A stretch of DNA of 57,909 nucleotides from Candidatus Kaiserbacteria bacterium (GTDB lineage Bacteria > Patescibacteriota > Minisyncoccia > Phycocordibacterales > UBA918): assembly GCA_043729945.1 (NCBI GenBank), contig JAYTKW010000022.1, positions 1-57,909 on the forward strand. The letters are read 5' to 3'. Positions 27,819 through 37,055 of this stretch are shown here, in pieces. Both the position numbers and the translations under genes were made by a program. The notes below the pieces were generated by a model. That model worked only from the letters and a program-made list of their open reading frames with translations. It searched no databases and had not been told where the DNA came from. Positions within the stretch are counted from its first letter, which is position 1. Every line of letters starts with the position of its first letter.

Positions 27819-28939
27819 TGTGTATGAAATCAATTGTTGATTGTCCGGAACTACGAGGAAAGTATGTCTTGGTGCGCTCATCGTGTAACGTGCCAGTCAC
27901 AGACGGAGTCGTACAAAATGCCTATCGGTTAAAACGAGCCCTTCCCACCCTCCAATTTTTACACGCTGCCGGCGCCCGCGTGATTGTAGTAGCCCACATT
28001 GGTCGTGACGAATCCGATACTCTGAAACCAGTCTACGAGGTTTTTTTGAATTTGATCGGGGTGCAGTGGGGAGGATCAATCGGGAGTGCCGAGTTTACCG
28101 CCGCTTTGTCTCGTTTGGCTGACGGAGACATTGTCATCGCCGAAAACCTCAGACAAGATCCCCGTGAAGTCGGTAACGACGCTGGATTTGCCGCAGAGCT
28201 TGCTGCGCTCGCTGATATCTACGTTGATGATGCCTTTGATAATATCCACCGGGACCACGCGTCGATGGTCGGTGTGCCAGCGCTCTTGCCTGCCTATGCC
28301 GGCATTACCCTCAAGGAAGAAGTGACCGAACTAACGAAAGCCATGGAACCAGCTTCCCCAGCCCTCCTCATTTTAGGTGGAGCTAAATTTGAAACTAAAA
28401 TGCCGCTCGTTGAAAAATATCTCGATTTGTATGATAACGTTTTTGTAACAGGGGCGCTCCTTAATGATATCCTCAAAGCCGAAGGACACGAGGTCGGGCA
28501 GTCACTCGTATCTGACATTTCACTCAAAGGTGCAGATTTCCTCTCGAGTGCGAAATTAATTCACGCCATTGATGTGGTAGTAACAAGCGACCGCGGTATG
28601 CGAACGGCGAGCATTGATGACGTCCAGTCTGACGAAAAAATTACCGACATGGGACCGCTCACGATTGGCGCCCTAGCCCCGTACATAAAAGACGCTGCCA
28701 CCATCCTCTGGAATGGACCGCTTGGACTCTATGAGTCTGGTGTCGCCGGAGGTACTCACGCCGTGGCGAAACTGATTGCTGACGCTCCAGGGTATAGTAT
28801 CATCGGCGGCGGGGACACCGTAGCCGCGATTGAAGATTTAGGGCTCAATGATCAGTTTGGGTTCGTCTCAATTGGTGGTGGCGCGATGCTTACCTTGCTC
28901 GAACATGGGACTACCCCCGCCCTCGAAGCCCTCGAGTAA
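27818..28939 (+). CDS. pgk: Phosphoglycerate kinase
   Basis: 373 aa with the PGK N- and C-domain pattern (GGAKF, GGGDT). The start overlaps the tpiA stop (TAATG). Confidence 0.88.
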   Translation: MCMKSIVDCPELRGKYVLVRSSCNVPVTDGVVQNAYRLKRALPTLQFLHAAGARVIVVAHIGRDESDTLKPVYEVFLNLIGVQWGGSIGSAEFTAALSRLADGDIVIAENLRQDPREVGNDAGFAAELAALADIYVDDAFDNIHRDHASMVGVPALLPAYAGITLKEEVTELTKAMEPASPALLILGGAKFETKMPLVEKYLDLYDNVFVTGALLNDILKAEGHEVGQSLVSDISLKGADFLSSAKLIHAIDVVVTSDRGMRTASIDDVQSDEKITDMGPLTIGALAPYIKDAATILWNGPLGLYESGVAGGTHAVAKLIADAPGYSIIGGGDTVAAIEDLGLNDQFGFVSIGGGAMLTLLEHGTTPALEALE

Positions 28940-28940
28940 A

Positions 28941-29230
28941 ACTTCCATAAACGGCGAACTTCGTCGTTGCCCGTCGGTAAAATACTCCTCACCGTGAGAA
29001 AGTCTGGGAGACTTTCGCAAGAGGTTGTCGCTCTTTTGAAAAAAAGAGCGACAACCTGAACAGCTTCTGTAAGAAGCGGAAAGTACGGCTCGTTCTATTT
29101 TCCTTTCTCCTCTGACAGCGGCTGTACACCTTGTCACTTATTTGTTTCGGTATTTACCTCACAAATAAGTAGGCAAGGTCTTGCGGAAGCTAGTCGCTTC
29201 CTCACTCGAATTTCACTCATTTCTGAAAGT
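28941..29230. mobile_element. MITE-like element copy carrying a nested second repeat type inside its central loop
   Basis: The termini (ACTTCCATAAACGGCGAAC / TTTCACTCATTTCTGAAAGT) match those of 25425-25541. The core CTCACCGT...GTACGGCTC is split by about 90 nt that is homologous to 47936-48030. Confidence 0.6.
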
Positions 29231-29282
29231 TCTAAGAGTCTAGAATAACAAAACTCGTTCGGTCTAACTGAGCGAGTTTTGT

Positions 29283-29696
29283 TTAGGCGAGTTGATTTCG
29301 CAGTAGTTGTGCGATGTCTGCCAAAGTCTCGTCAGGAGCCTCCGTGCTTGAAATAAGTGCTCGACTGAGATTGTGATCTGTTGTAGGCATTGGATATATT
29401 TTGATATGGACGTGAGGTACTTCAAAACCTTCAATAACGAGACAAGTACGTTCGGCAGAAAATGCTCGGTCGGATGCTTGTGCGATTTTCTTTGCTACTG
29501 CAAAGAGATGAAGATACGTTTCATTATCTAAATCAAAGACGTAACTCACTTCTTGTTTCGGAATGACTAACGACTGGCCGTGAATTCCAGGAAATTTATC
29601 AAGGATACATATACAGTACTCATCCTCATACACGATGTGTGCTGGGATTTCGCGGTTGATGATACGGGTGAAAATTGAGGGTTGTGCGATTGTCAT
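29283..29696 (-). CDS. HIT-family nucleotide hydrolase/transferase (variant motif HVHIK)
   Basis: 137 aa starting at MTIAQPSIFTRII. The histidine-triad region reads PHVHIKIYP. Confidence 0.75.
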   Translation of the reverse strand: MTIAQPSIFTRIINREIPAHIVYEDEYCICILDKFPGIHGQSLVIPKQEVSYVFDLDNETYLHLFAVAKKIAQASDRAFSAERTCLVIEGFEVPHVHIKIYPMPTTDHNLSRALISSTEAPDETLADIAQLLRNQLA

Positions 29697-29711
29697 GCAA
29701 AGCATGGTACC

Positions 29712-31418
29712 ATGACTGAACTTACTATGTCTCCTACTCTTGCTCCGTCGATTACTGTGGCTGCTCGGACTGAACTGGCTGCGTACGATATCGGATTGCA
29801 ACAACTGTTGTTTAACCGTGGCATTACCACAAAAGCCGCAGCCGAAGTGTTTCTCAATCCCGACTACGACATCCAACTTCATAGCCCGCTCCTGTTGCAT
29901 GATATTGCTCGTGCTACGACCCGGATCAAGGCCGCTATGCAGGCCGGGGAACAGATAGCTATTTTTAGTGACTACGATTGTGATGGTATCCCGGGGGCCG
30001 TGGTCGCGCATGATTATTTCACCGCCATTGGCTATACGCAGTTTCAAAACTACATCCCGCATCGCCACTACGAAGGGTTTGGCCTATCCGTGAGCGCGGT
30101 CGAGAAGTTAGCGACCGGTGGGGTCACCCTCATCATCACCATAGATTGTGGTACTAGTGACGTCGCGGCGGTTGCGCGGGCACGAGAATTGGGGGTTGAT
30201 GTGATTATCACTGACCATCATGAACCCGGTGCTACCTTACCTAATGCCTTAGCGATTATTAATCCCAAACTGGGCTCCTACCCGTTTCCGGATCTCTGTG
30301 GGGCGGCGGTCATGTACAAGCTCGTTCAGGCGCTCCTTATGACAAGTGATACAACCCTGGCGCCTGGTCACGAGAAGTGGTGGCTTGATATGGTGGGAAT
30401 AGCGACGATTGCTGATATGGTGCCACTGGTTGGTGAAAATAGAGTCTTTGCGCATTATGGTTTGAAAGTGTTGCGTAAATCTAGACGTCCCGGGTTACAG
30501 CAACTGCTGCGAAAAGCCGGCATGAACCAGGCCTATCTAACCGAAGAAGACATTGGTTTTACTATTGGTCCCCGCATTAATGCTGCGTCGCGCATGGATG
30601 CGCCAGAACAAGCGTTTACTCTCCTTACTACCACCGATGAAGGCGAGGCGGGTAGTGCGGTCGCGCATCTCGAGAAATTAAATAACGAGCGCAAGGGGAG
30701 TGTGGCCCAAATGACCAAAGAACTGCACAAGCGCCTGGCGGACATGACGGAACTGCCTCCGGTATTGGTGTTCGGCAATCCGCTGTGGCGACCGGCGTTG
30801 GCTGGACTGGCGGCTAATAAATTAGCGGAAGAGCACAACCGACCGGTTTTTATTTGGGGTCGTGATGGAAATGATTGTATCAAAGGTTCGTGTCGTTCGG
30901 GTGGTGGCGTGAGTGTGGTGCGTTTGATGGAAACAGCCACCCAGCTCTTTCATGAACATGGCGGACACCATATGTCCGGTGGATTTTCAGTGCGCGACGA
31001 ACACATATTTACGCTTGCTGATCATTTGAATGACGCGTATGTTACGTTAGGTGATGCCGCTCTTGTTCCCAAAGAACTATCTGTCGACGCCGCGCTTACC
31101 CTCGAAGACATCTTTGGTGAATTGCGCCGGTCACTCCAAAAAATCGCCCCTTTTGGTACGGGAAACCCCAAACCACTTTTTGTATTTAGTGCGGTCGTAC
31201 CACAAAGCGTGAGTCAATTTGGAAAAACCGGTGAACATTTAAAATTACAATTCGAAACGAAACGCGGCCCGCTTGAGGCAATTGCCTTTTTCGCCACCCC
31301 AGAAACATTTACGGGTACACCCGTTGCCGGGCAGGCGAATACACTCCTTGCGCATGTTGAAGAGTCGTTTTTTATGGGACGTAAACAAACTCGTTTGCGT
31401 ATTGTTGATATTTTGTAA
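29712..31418 (+). CDS. recJ: Single-stranded-DNA-specific exonuclease RecJ
   Basis: DHH-family motifs DYDCDGI and ITDHHEP, with a DHHA1-like C-terminal region. Confidence 0.85.
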   Translation: MTELTMSPTLAPSITVAARTELAAYDIGLQQLLFNRGITTKAAAEVFLNPDYDIQLHSPLLLHDIARATTRIKAAMQAGEQIAIFSDYDCDGIPGAVVAHDYFTAIGYTQFQNYIPHRHYEGFGLSVSAVEKLATGGVTLIITIDCGTSDVAAVARARELGVDVIITDHHEPGATLPNALAIINPKLGSYPFPDLCGAAVMYKLVQALLMTSDTTLAPGHEKWWLDMVGIATIADMVPLVGENRVFAHYGLKVLRKSRRPGLQQLLRKAGMNQAYLTEEDIGFTIGPRINAASRMDAPEQAFTLLTTTDEGEAGSAVAHLEKLNNERKGSVAQMTKELHKRLADMTELPPVLVFGNPLWRPALAGLAANKLAEEHNRPVFIWGRDGNDCIKGSCRSGGGVSVVRLMETATQLFHEHGGHHMSGGFSVRDEHIFTLADHLNDAYVTLGDAALVPKELSVDAALTLEDIFGELRRSLQKIAPFGTGNPKPLFVFSAVVPQSVSQFGKTGEHLKLQFETKRGPLEAIAFFATPETFTGTPVAGQANTLLAHVEESFFMGRKQTRLRIVDIL

Positions 31419-31463
31419 TCGGTAACGTAAGCTACGCGGAGAACAGCAAAAGAGGGAAGTGTC

Positions 31464-31697
31464 GTGCAGAAAAAAAAGAAACCGTTGCCCTACAGGTCAG
31501 TGTTACCGCCGAAGGGGCGTGCATCAAAAGCGTTTCTGCTTCCGTTTCCGGAAACAGTAATTTGCCACCACTGCGGGTCTAGTTCCGGTTTGGTTCTCAA
31601 GGGAAGTCGTTTTCGACTGGTGCACCATCTTGTCCCAGGCAGTGATACCCCATGTTCTGGTTCAGGAAAAGCAATTTCAATCAAAGAGCTGCGCTAG
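31464..31697 (+). CDS. Possible small zinc-ribbon protein (GTG start)
   Basis: SD-like GAGGGA lies upstream. CHHC...C spacing is present. A hairpin plus T-run at 31685-31710 overlaps the stop. Confidence 0.4.
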   Translation: MQKKKKPLPYRSVLPPKGRASKAFLLPFPETVICHHCGSSSGLVLKGSRFRLVHHLVPGSDTPCSGSGKAISIKELR

Positions 31698-31735
31698 CGC
31701 GGCTCTTTTGCTTTTGTGCTATAGTGCCAGTAACT

Positions 31736-32152
31736 ATGGAAACAATCATTTGTTATACAAGTGGAGTCTCTCGGGGTAACCCCGGCCCGGGGGCAGTGGG
31801 GGTGTATATTACCGATGAGGCAGGCGCGATGCTCTGTGAAGAGGCTCAAGCTATCGGTAACTGCACTACTGATTTTGCCGAATATCAGGCAGTACTCTTA
31901 GGTCTACAGACCCTACAAAGTCTCCTCGGAGAAAAGAGTCGTAAGACTGCTGTCGAATTACGACTAGCGAGCGAGTTGGTGAAAAAACAATTAAATGCCG
32001 AGTCAACTATCACTGATCCCGGCCTCGTCCCTCTTTTTATCGAGATTCATAATACCCGGGTAGAAAGTTTCCCGCATCTAACCTTACATTTGATTACTAG
32101 TGAAGAAAACAGTCAGGCCGGACAACTCGTAAACGAAGCCCTGGTGATTTAG
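31736..32152 (+). CDS. RNase H-fold protein with three of the four catalytic carboxylates substituted
   Basis: YTSGVSRGNPGPG versus canonical TDGASRGNPGP. AEY is retained. ASELVKKQ versus DSxLVxxQ. NSQAGQLVNEA versus NxxADxLAN. Confidence 0.7.
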   Translation: METIICYTSGVSRGNPGPGAVGVYITDEAGAMLCEEAQAIGNCTTDFAEYQAVLLGLQTLQSLLGEKSRKTAVELRLASELVKKQLNAESTITDPGLVPLFIEIHNTRVESFPHLTLHLITSEENSQAGQLVNEALVI

Positions 32153-32264
32153 TTGTCTCGATACGTTGGCTCGCAATAGCTATGTGCTCTGCCCGACCGC
32201 ACCGATACCGCCCTCCGCAAATAGCTATTCCCAGACAACTCCCTGGTTTGTATTTTTTCTAACC

Positions 32265-32293
32265 TTGACGAAGAGTCCTAAATTTTATATTGT
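32265..32293 (+). promoter_or_regulatory. Sigma70-like promoter TTGACG-N17-TATTGT
   Basis: Hexamers and 17-nt spacing counted directly. An identical hexamer pair recurs at 32733-32761. Confidence 0.45.
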
Positions 32294-32454
32294 TGCCGGT
32301 ACGGTTAGCGTATTTTGCGTTAATCGAGTCAAGCTAATAGGGAGAAGAGAATGGCTGTACCCAGCGGGTGGCACGTGTTTTATCAAGGGCCAAAACAAAC
32401 CCATGGCACTCCGCCGCCAATCCAGAAAGATGTTAAGAACTAGAGCGTGTCAGT

Positions 32455-32649
32455 ATGAAAGAGACAAGCGTGGTGGCTCAGCAAGATCGGTACAAAGCAG
32501 GGCGGGCACTACTTAATGGTGCCGATCATGGCACACTTCAAGTAGACGGCAGGATTGTCAATGTAAGGCTTTCTCGTTCGGTAACACTTGTTGGGATTGG
32601 TGTCAATAAAGGGCTCAAGTTGAATCCTGACAGCTGCATAACTGAATGA
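32455..32649 (+). CDS. Possible 64-aa protein inside an orphan transcription unit
   Basis: The ORF ends immediately before a double hairpin/terminator. There is no SD and I recognise no family. Confidence 0.25.
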   Translation: MKETSVVAQQDRYKAGRALLNGADHGTLQVDGRIVNVRLSRSVTLVGIGVNKGLKLNPDSCITE

Positions 32650-32650
32650 T

Positions 32651-32712
32651 TTGGAGCGGGGGCGATATGGCCCCCGCGACTCCAACCACATAGAAAACTA
32701 TGGTGGTTTTTT
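32651..32712 (+). terminator. Two consecutive hairpins, the second followed by T6
   Basis: GGAGCGGGGGC-GATATG-GCCCCCGCGACTCC, then CCACATAG-AAAA-CTATGGTGG-TTTTTT. Confidence 0.6.
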
Positions 32713-33107
32713 GTTTGTGCAGTGGTAGGTGGTTGACGATTTTTTGCGGGTGGGGTATTGTGCGAGTAGGCAGTTCTTTCGTTCGAGAGGCTGTCTTTTT
32801 TGAAACTTAACAAAAGGAAATCCCATGTCGGATATTATCCAGCATACACTCCAGGCACATCCCTCGAATGTCTTGGTGGAGGAGAACGATATGGATGCGT
32901 CTGACGTGGAGACCGAACGACCTAGTCTCCGCCAGACCAATCATCCTATCAGTTGATGGCTGCTGATGTTTGTTCACGTTGAACAATAGTACAACAACAG
33001 CAGCCGAGAGACTGACACCACCCTTTTAGGGTAAACCATTTGGCTTCGGCCTCTACCCTGGTTGCGCATGCGCGACTGGGGTTTGAATTTTCTGCTACAC
33101 TTACCTC

Positions 33108-34712
33108 ATGTCCGGGGTAATTTTTTATACTTTGATACTCAGTTTTGCGAGCGGGATTTTCCTCCGCTCGTTTTTGGTGGTGGATGTATGGACGGCGGGG
33201 TGGGTGGGGTTGCTTACTGTGGGATTAGGACTGTGGGCGTACCGCAGACGAAGTATGCGGAGTGTGCAGGCAGTCGTACTACTCGCTGTAGTATGTGCAG
33301 GTGGGGCGCTGGGGTTGGCGCGGTTTAATCTGGTCGAGATGACTGCGCCGGCACCGGTATTGCTGCCTAGCGTCGGTACTATTGGTACGTATTCGGGGTA
33401 TGTTATGTCCGAACCAGAACTGGGCGAGTCGACTGCAAACGTGGTTGTACTAATTGGAGATGAACGGGTATTAGTTAAAACCGATAGGCATACCAGTGTG
33501 CAGTATGGAGATACCGTAGACGTCACTGGTAAACTGGCCACACCGGAATCATTTGTCACTGACACTGGTCGAACTTTTGATTATCCAGGATACCTGCGAG
33601 CCCGGGGAATTGCGTACACCATGAGCTATACGAACATTACGGTGACCGATGATACAACCGGCAACCCAATTTTGTGCCAACTTTTTTCATACAAGAAAAC
33701 TTTTATCGAGGCACTGCAACTGGCTTTGCCTGAGCCAGAGGTCGGTTTGGGGGTGGGGTTACTGCTCGGGGTAAAGCAGTCCTTGGGCGCCGACCTCGAA
33801 GAGGCCTTTAGGCGGGCTGGGATTATTCATATCGTCGTTTTGTCTGGCTACAACATTATGATTATTGTGGGTTTTGTTATGGTGCTCTTGGGGCGATTTT
33901 TACCTGTGTGGGCGCAGGTGGTGATAGGAATCGTGGCTATCGTGCTATTTGCGTTTTTGGTTGGAGCCGGCGCGTCGGTCGTTCGGGCCAGTATCATGGC
34001 GGTGTTGGGGTTGATAGCTATTTTGGGCGGCCGGCGTTATGCCGTATTGCGAGCGCTGTTTTTAGCTGGGTGGCTCATGCTTGTATATAATCCGTATCTG
34101 CTGGTATTTGATGTGGGATTTCAGTTGTCGTTTATGGCAACCCTTGGTTTGATTCTGGTAGCTCCTGGCTTAGAGTCAGCCGCCGGCTGGGTACCAACGC
34201 AATTTAGTATTCGGCAATTTCTCTTCGCTACAGTAGCTACCCAAATTGCGGTGTTGCCTATTTTGCTATATCACATGGGACAGTTTTCGGTGATTGCGGT
34301 GGTCGTCAACATCCTGGTCTTGCCGGTAGTGCCAGTTGCTATGCTGGTGACATTTCTGACGGGACTGGTGGCCCTGGTGTCCCAGGCGAGCGCAATTCCT
34401 CTAGCCTATATAACCTACGTTGTGCTGGCATACATCATCACTCTCGCTACTACCTTTGCCGCATTACCGTACGCTGTGGTCACGGTTCCGGTTTTCTCTG
34501 GTGTATGGGTGCCGCTTTTTTACCTGGTGCTGGGCTACGGTCTCTATTGGTATTACAAAAGGCAACCCGCACACCTAATCCCCGATGTCCCGACTCTGGT
34601 CGGCTGGACCATAGTAGAGGAATCGGAAGCCCCTGCCGGAGGTATACCCAATACATCAAAAAAGCCGGCCACCCCGGCCAACTCTTCCTCCACCCCAATT
34701 TTCTTTCGCTAA
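33108..34712 (+). CDS. comEC: ComEC/Rec2 DNA-uptake channel (OB/DUF4131 plus competence TM domain, without the MBL domain)
   Basis: 534 aa, polytopic, with the typical ComEC membrane core. Confidence 0.8.
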   Translation: MSGVIFYTLILSFASGIFLRSFLVVDVWTAGWVGLLTVGLGLWAYRRRSMRSVQAVVLLAVVCAGGALGLARFNLVEMTAPAPVLLPSVGTIGTYSGYVMSEPELGESTANVVVLIGDERVLVKTDRHTSVQYGDTVDVTGKLATPESFVTDTGRTFDYPGYLRARGIAYTMSYTNITVTDDTTGNPILCQLFSYKKTFIEALQLALPEPEVGLGVGLLLGVKQSLGADLEEAFRRAGIIHIVVLSGYNIMIIVGFVMVLLGRFLPVWAQVVIGIVAIVLFAFLVGAGASVVRASIMAVLGLIAILGGRRYAVLRALFLAGWLMLVYNPYLLVFDVGFQLSFMATLGLILVAPGLESAAGWVPTQFSIRQFLFATVATQIAVLPILLYHMGQFSVIAVVVNILVLPVVPVAMLVTFLTGLVALVSQASAIPLAYITYVVLAYIITLATTFAALPYAVVTVPVFSGVWVPLFYLVLGYGLYWYYKRQPAHLIPDVPTLVGWTIVEESEAPAGGIPNTSKKPATPANSSSTPIFFR

Positions 34713-34724
34713 AATCTAAGGCTA

Positions 34725-35303
34725 CTACATCAAACGATTCGAAACCACTTCCCAATTGAGATTTTGGAAAAAGGCGTCGATGTATTTTTTCTTGTCGGCA
34801 GGGACATAGTCACGCATGTATGAGTGTTCCCACATGTCGAGCGCAAGTATGATATCGAGATCAGCTAATTGCCCAATGTGTTGTTCATCCACCCAGGTGG
34901 TGACGAGTTGGTCAGTGTGCGCATCATGGTACATCATGGCCCAACCGATACCGCGGGTCATGGCAATTGCGGTAAAGCGCGCTTGCCAGGCCTCGACACT
35001 ACCCCAGGTCGTAATAATTTTATCGCTTAGCGTATCCTCGGGGAGGTCAGTTGGTCCACCCTCGAGTTGGGCAAAATAGTATTCGTGATTACGCATACCG
35101 CCAAATTCAAAGCCGAGCCGGCGCTGCATCTCTGCAATAGCGTAACTATTTGCCTCAAGGTCGTGGCTGTAGGCTGCGATTTTATCGTTGATCAAATTGA
35201 CATGCTTTACGTATCCGGCATACAGTCCGAGATGCAGATCAATCGTCTCGCGACTGATACCAGTGAGTTCCGGGATATCAAATGATAGTGGTGTGTAGTT
35301 CAT
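34725..35303 (-). CDS. Fe/Mn superoxide dismutase
   Basis: 192 aa with the DMWEHSY motif and an N-terminal helical hairpin pattern. Confidence 0.88.
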   Translation of the reverse strand: MNYTPLSFDIPELTGISRETIDLHLGLYAGYVKHVNLINDKIAAYSHDLEANSYAIAEMQRRLGFEFGGMRNHEYYFAQLEGGPTDLPEDTLSDKIITTWGSVEAWQARFTAIAMTRGIGWAMMYHDAHTDQLVTTWVDEQHIGQLADLDIILALDMWEHSYMRDYVPADKKKYIDAFFQNLNWEVVSNRLM

Positions 35304-35392
35304 AGAAATAATATATCTAATAAGTCCTAGCAGTATACCAAAGTCCGCACCGGAGTGCTCTCCTAAATTCGTACGGTATACTTACTTTATAT

Positions 35393-36259
35393 ATGCCGCA
35401 GTCGTTGCTCATTCGTTTCATTGCCTTGGTAGGGATTTTGTTATCAGGGATTGGATTGTGGGTGCTCCCCGGGCTGTCACTTTCGCAGGCCACCCAACCC
35501 TATCTCACAGTGACGTTCCTTGATGTAGGACAAGGTGATGCGATTTTGATTGAAACCCCCGACGGGGTGCAGATGTTGATTGATGGAGGTCCTGATACCT
35601 CGGTCTTACGTGAGTTACCGCTGGCGTTGCCGTGGTTTGATCGCACCCTCGACATCGTGCTCGGCACCCATCCGGACAAAGATCATATAGCAGGGTTAGT
35701 GGATGTACTAAAAAATTATACCGTGAGCACTATTATTACAACCGAAAATCGTGGCGAAACAATGACCGCTACCGCCTACCGCGAGGCCTTGGTCCAAGAA
35801 GGCGCCGACGTTGTCATGGCTCGTTCCGGACAAGTGTACCAGCTCGGAGCCAGCACAACCGTCGCGATTTTTTCACCCCAAAGCGACCCCAGCATGCTCG
35901 AAACGAATACGGCGTCGATTGTAGCCCAGGTCCGCTACGGCGATATCGAATTTATGTTGACCGGGGACGCACCTGCCGGAATCGAGCGGTACCTCGTAGG
36001 CGCCTACGGCGATCAGCTAGAATCCGAAGTATTAAAACTCGGCCATCACGGCTCAAAAACTTCCTCGTCTGACGAATTTCTAGCAGCCGTCAACCCACGC
36101 TTTGCCGTTGTGTCAGCTGGTAAAGACAATACGTATGGTCACCCATCGGCTGACGCCGTCAAGCGTGTGACTGACCGCAACATTCCACTCGTAAGCACTA
36201 TCGACGAAGGCACTATTACGTTTGCTACCGACGGCATCAGCATATGGAACGTTCGGTAA
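35393..36259 (+). CDS. Stand-alone ComEC-type metallo-beta-lactamase domain protein with an N-terminal anchor
   Basis: GQGDAILIE, HPDKDHIAG and KLGHHGS motifs; 288 aa. Confidence 0.75.
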   Translation: MPQSLLIRFIALVGILLSGIGLWVLPGLSLSQATQPYLTVTFLDVGQGDAILIETPDGVQMLIDGGPDTSVLRELPLALPWFDRTLDIVLGTHPDKDHIAGLVDVLKNYTVSTIITTENRGETMTATAYREALVQEGADVVMARSGQVYQLGASTTVAIFSPQSDPSMLETNTASIVAQVRYGDIEFMLTGDAPAGIERYLVGAYGDQLESEVLKLGHHGSKTSSSDEFLAAVNPRFAVVSAGKDNTYGHPSADAVKRVTDRNIPLVSTIDEGTITFATDGISIWNVR

Positions 36260-36321
36260 AATCAATACCGTGCCAGACACAAATAAAAGCTTAGAAAAAG
36301 ACAGACTAAAATAGATGAAGT

Positions 36322-36404
36322 GCTAGGCGTGAAAATAAAATGATGCGAGCCGTACAGGTGTACGGTGAACAGCGTTTTGTGCATCACAACAACGCAATTC
36401 GCTA
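36322..36404 (-). repeat. MITE-family core copy (minus orientation)
   Basis: CTAGGCG...GAGCCGTAC-AGGT-GTACGGTGAA...CAACAACGC. Confidence 0.6.
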
Positions 36405-36458
36405 TTTTTGTTTGGTCTATCTAAAATAAAAGTCATTCCTGGTGGAATGACTTTTATT

Positions 36459-36701
36459 TTAGATTAACTTGGCCGCTTTGAGAGTGACGTATGCTCCGTT
36501 CTTGGCAATGGTGCGGATACCTTTGGTAGAGACCTTGATTGTGACGGTCTTGTCGAGCTCGGGTACATAGATACGCTTCTTTTGGAGGTTTGGTGCCCGT
36601 TTGTAGATTCCTGATGGGTTGAACTGCGTCGCACGCACGCGGTTACTGTATTTTCCTCCTGATTGGGTCTTTTTCCCAGTGATAACGCAGATTTTTGACA
36701 T
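36459..36701 (-). CDS. rpmB: 50S ribosomal protein L28
   Basis: 80 aa, MSKICVITGKKTQSGGKYSNRVRAT... Confidence 0.85.
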   Translation of the reverse strand: MSKICVITGKKTQSGGKYSNRVRATQFNPSGIYKRAPNLQKKRIYVPELDKTVTIKVSTKGIRTIAKNGAYVTLKAAKLI

Positions 36702-36934
36702 ATAAAAGTATTTAAGTTCCGCCATACTACCAGCCTTATGTGTATTATGCAACCCTTGACCCCGGTCCGAACCATGGGCGGTGTGCCATTTTGCACCCGG
36801 GTCCTCGCTCAGAGAATTTCCGCTGCGGCGTGTGCAAAACGGCACATCGCCCGTGGTTCTCAGATGAAGTATTGCGTGATTACTGTTTACTTATAACTCA
36901 AAGCCATAGAAGTGTTCGTTAAAAACAGTCCGGG

Positions 36935-37008
36935 ACTAGGCGTTGATTTATTTCGGCTTGAGCCGTATTCCTATACGGTGAAAGTTGAAATAATGAAAAC
37001 AACGACGT
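36935..37008 (-). repeat. MITE-family core copy (minus orientation)
   Basis: CTAGGCG...GAGCCGTAT-TCCT-ATACGGTGAA...CAACGACG. Confidence 0.55.
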
Positions 37009-37055
37009 AGCGGGCGTTTTTTACGGACTCACTCCAATAATGTATACTAGCCCAT

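Noticed and set aside
32265-32712. The orphan unit as RNase P RNA, tmRNA or SRP RNA
   Set aside because: I could not find the GGAAAGTCC/ACAGAACCCGG P4 strands, a GGxTTCGAC 5' tRNA-like end with matching ..CTCCACCA, or the GGAAGCAGCC SRP motif. The ..CTG ACA GCT GCA TAA reading is preceded by TGA only two codons upstream, which is too short for a tag.
36772-36856. The long hairpin as 4.5S/SRP RNA
   Set aside because: The apical region lacks the GNRA tetraloop context and the conserved GGUCC-GGAA-GGAAGCAGCC domain IV sequence on either strand.
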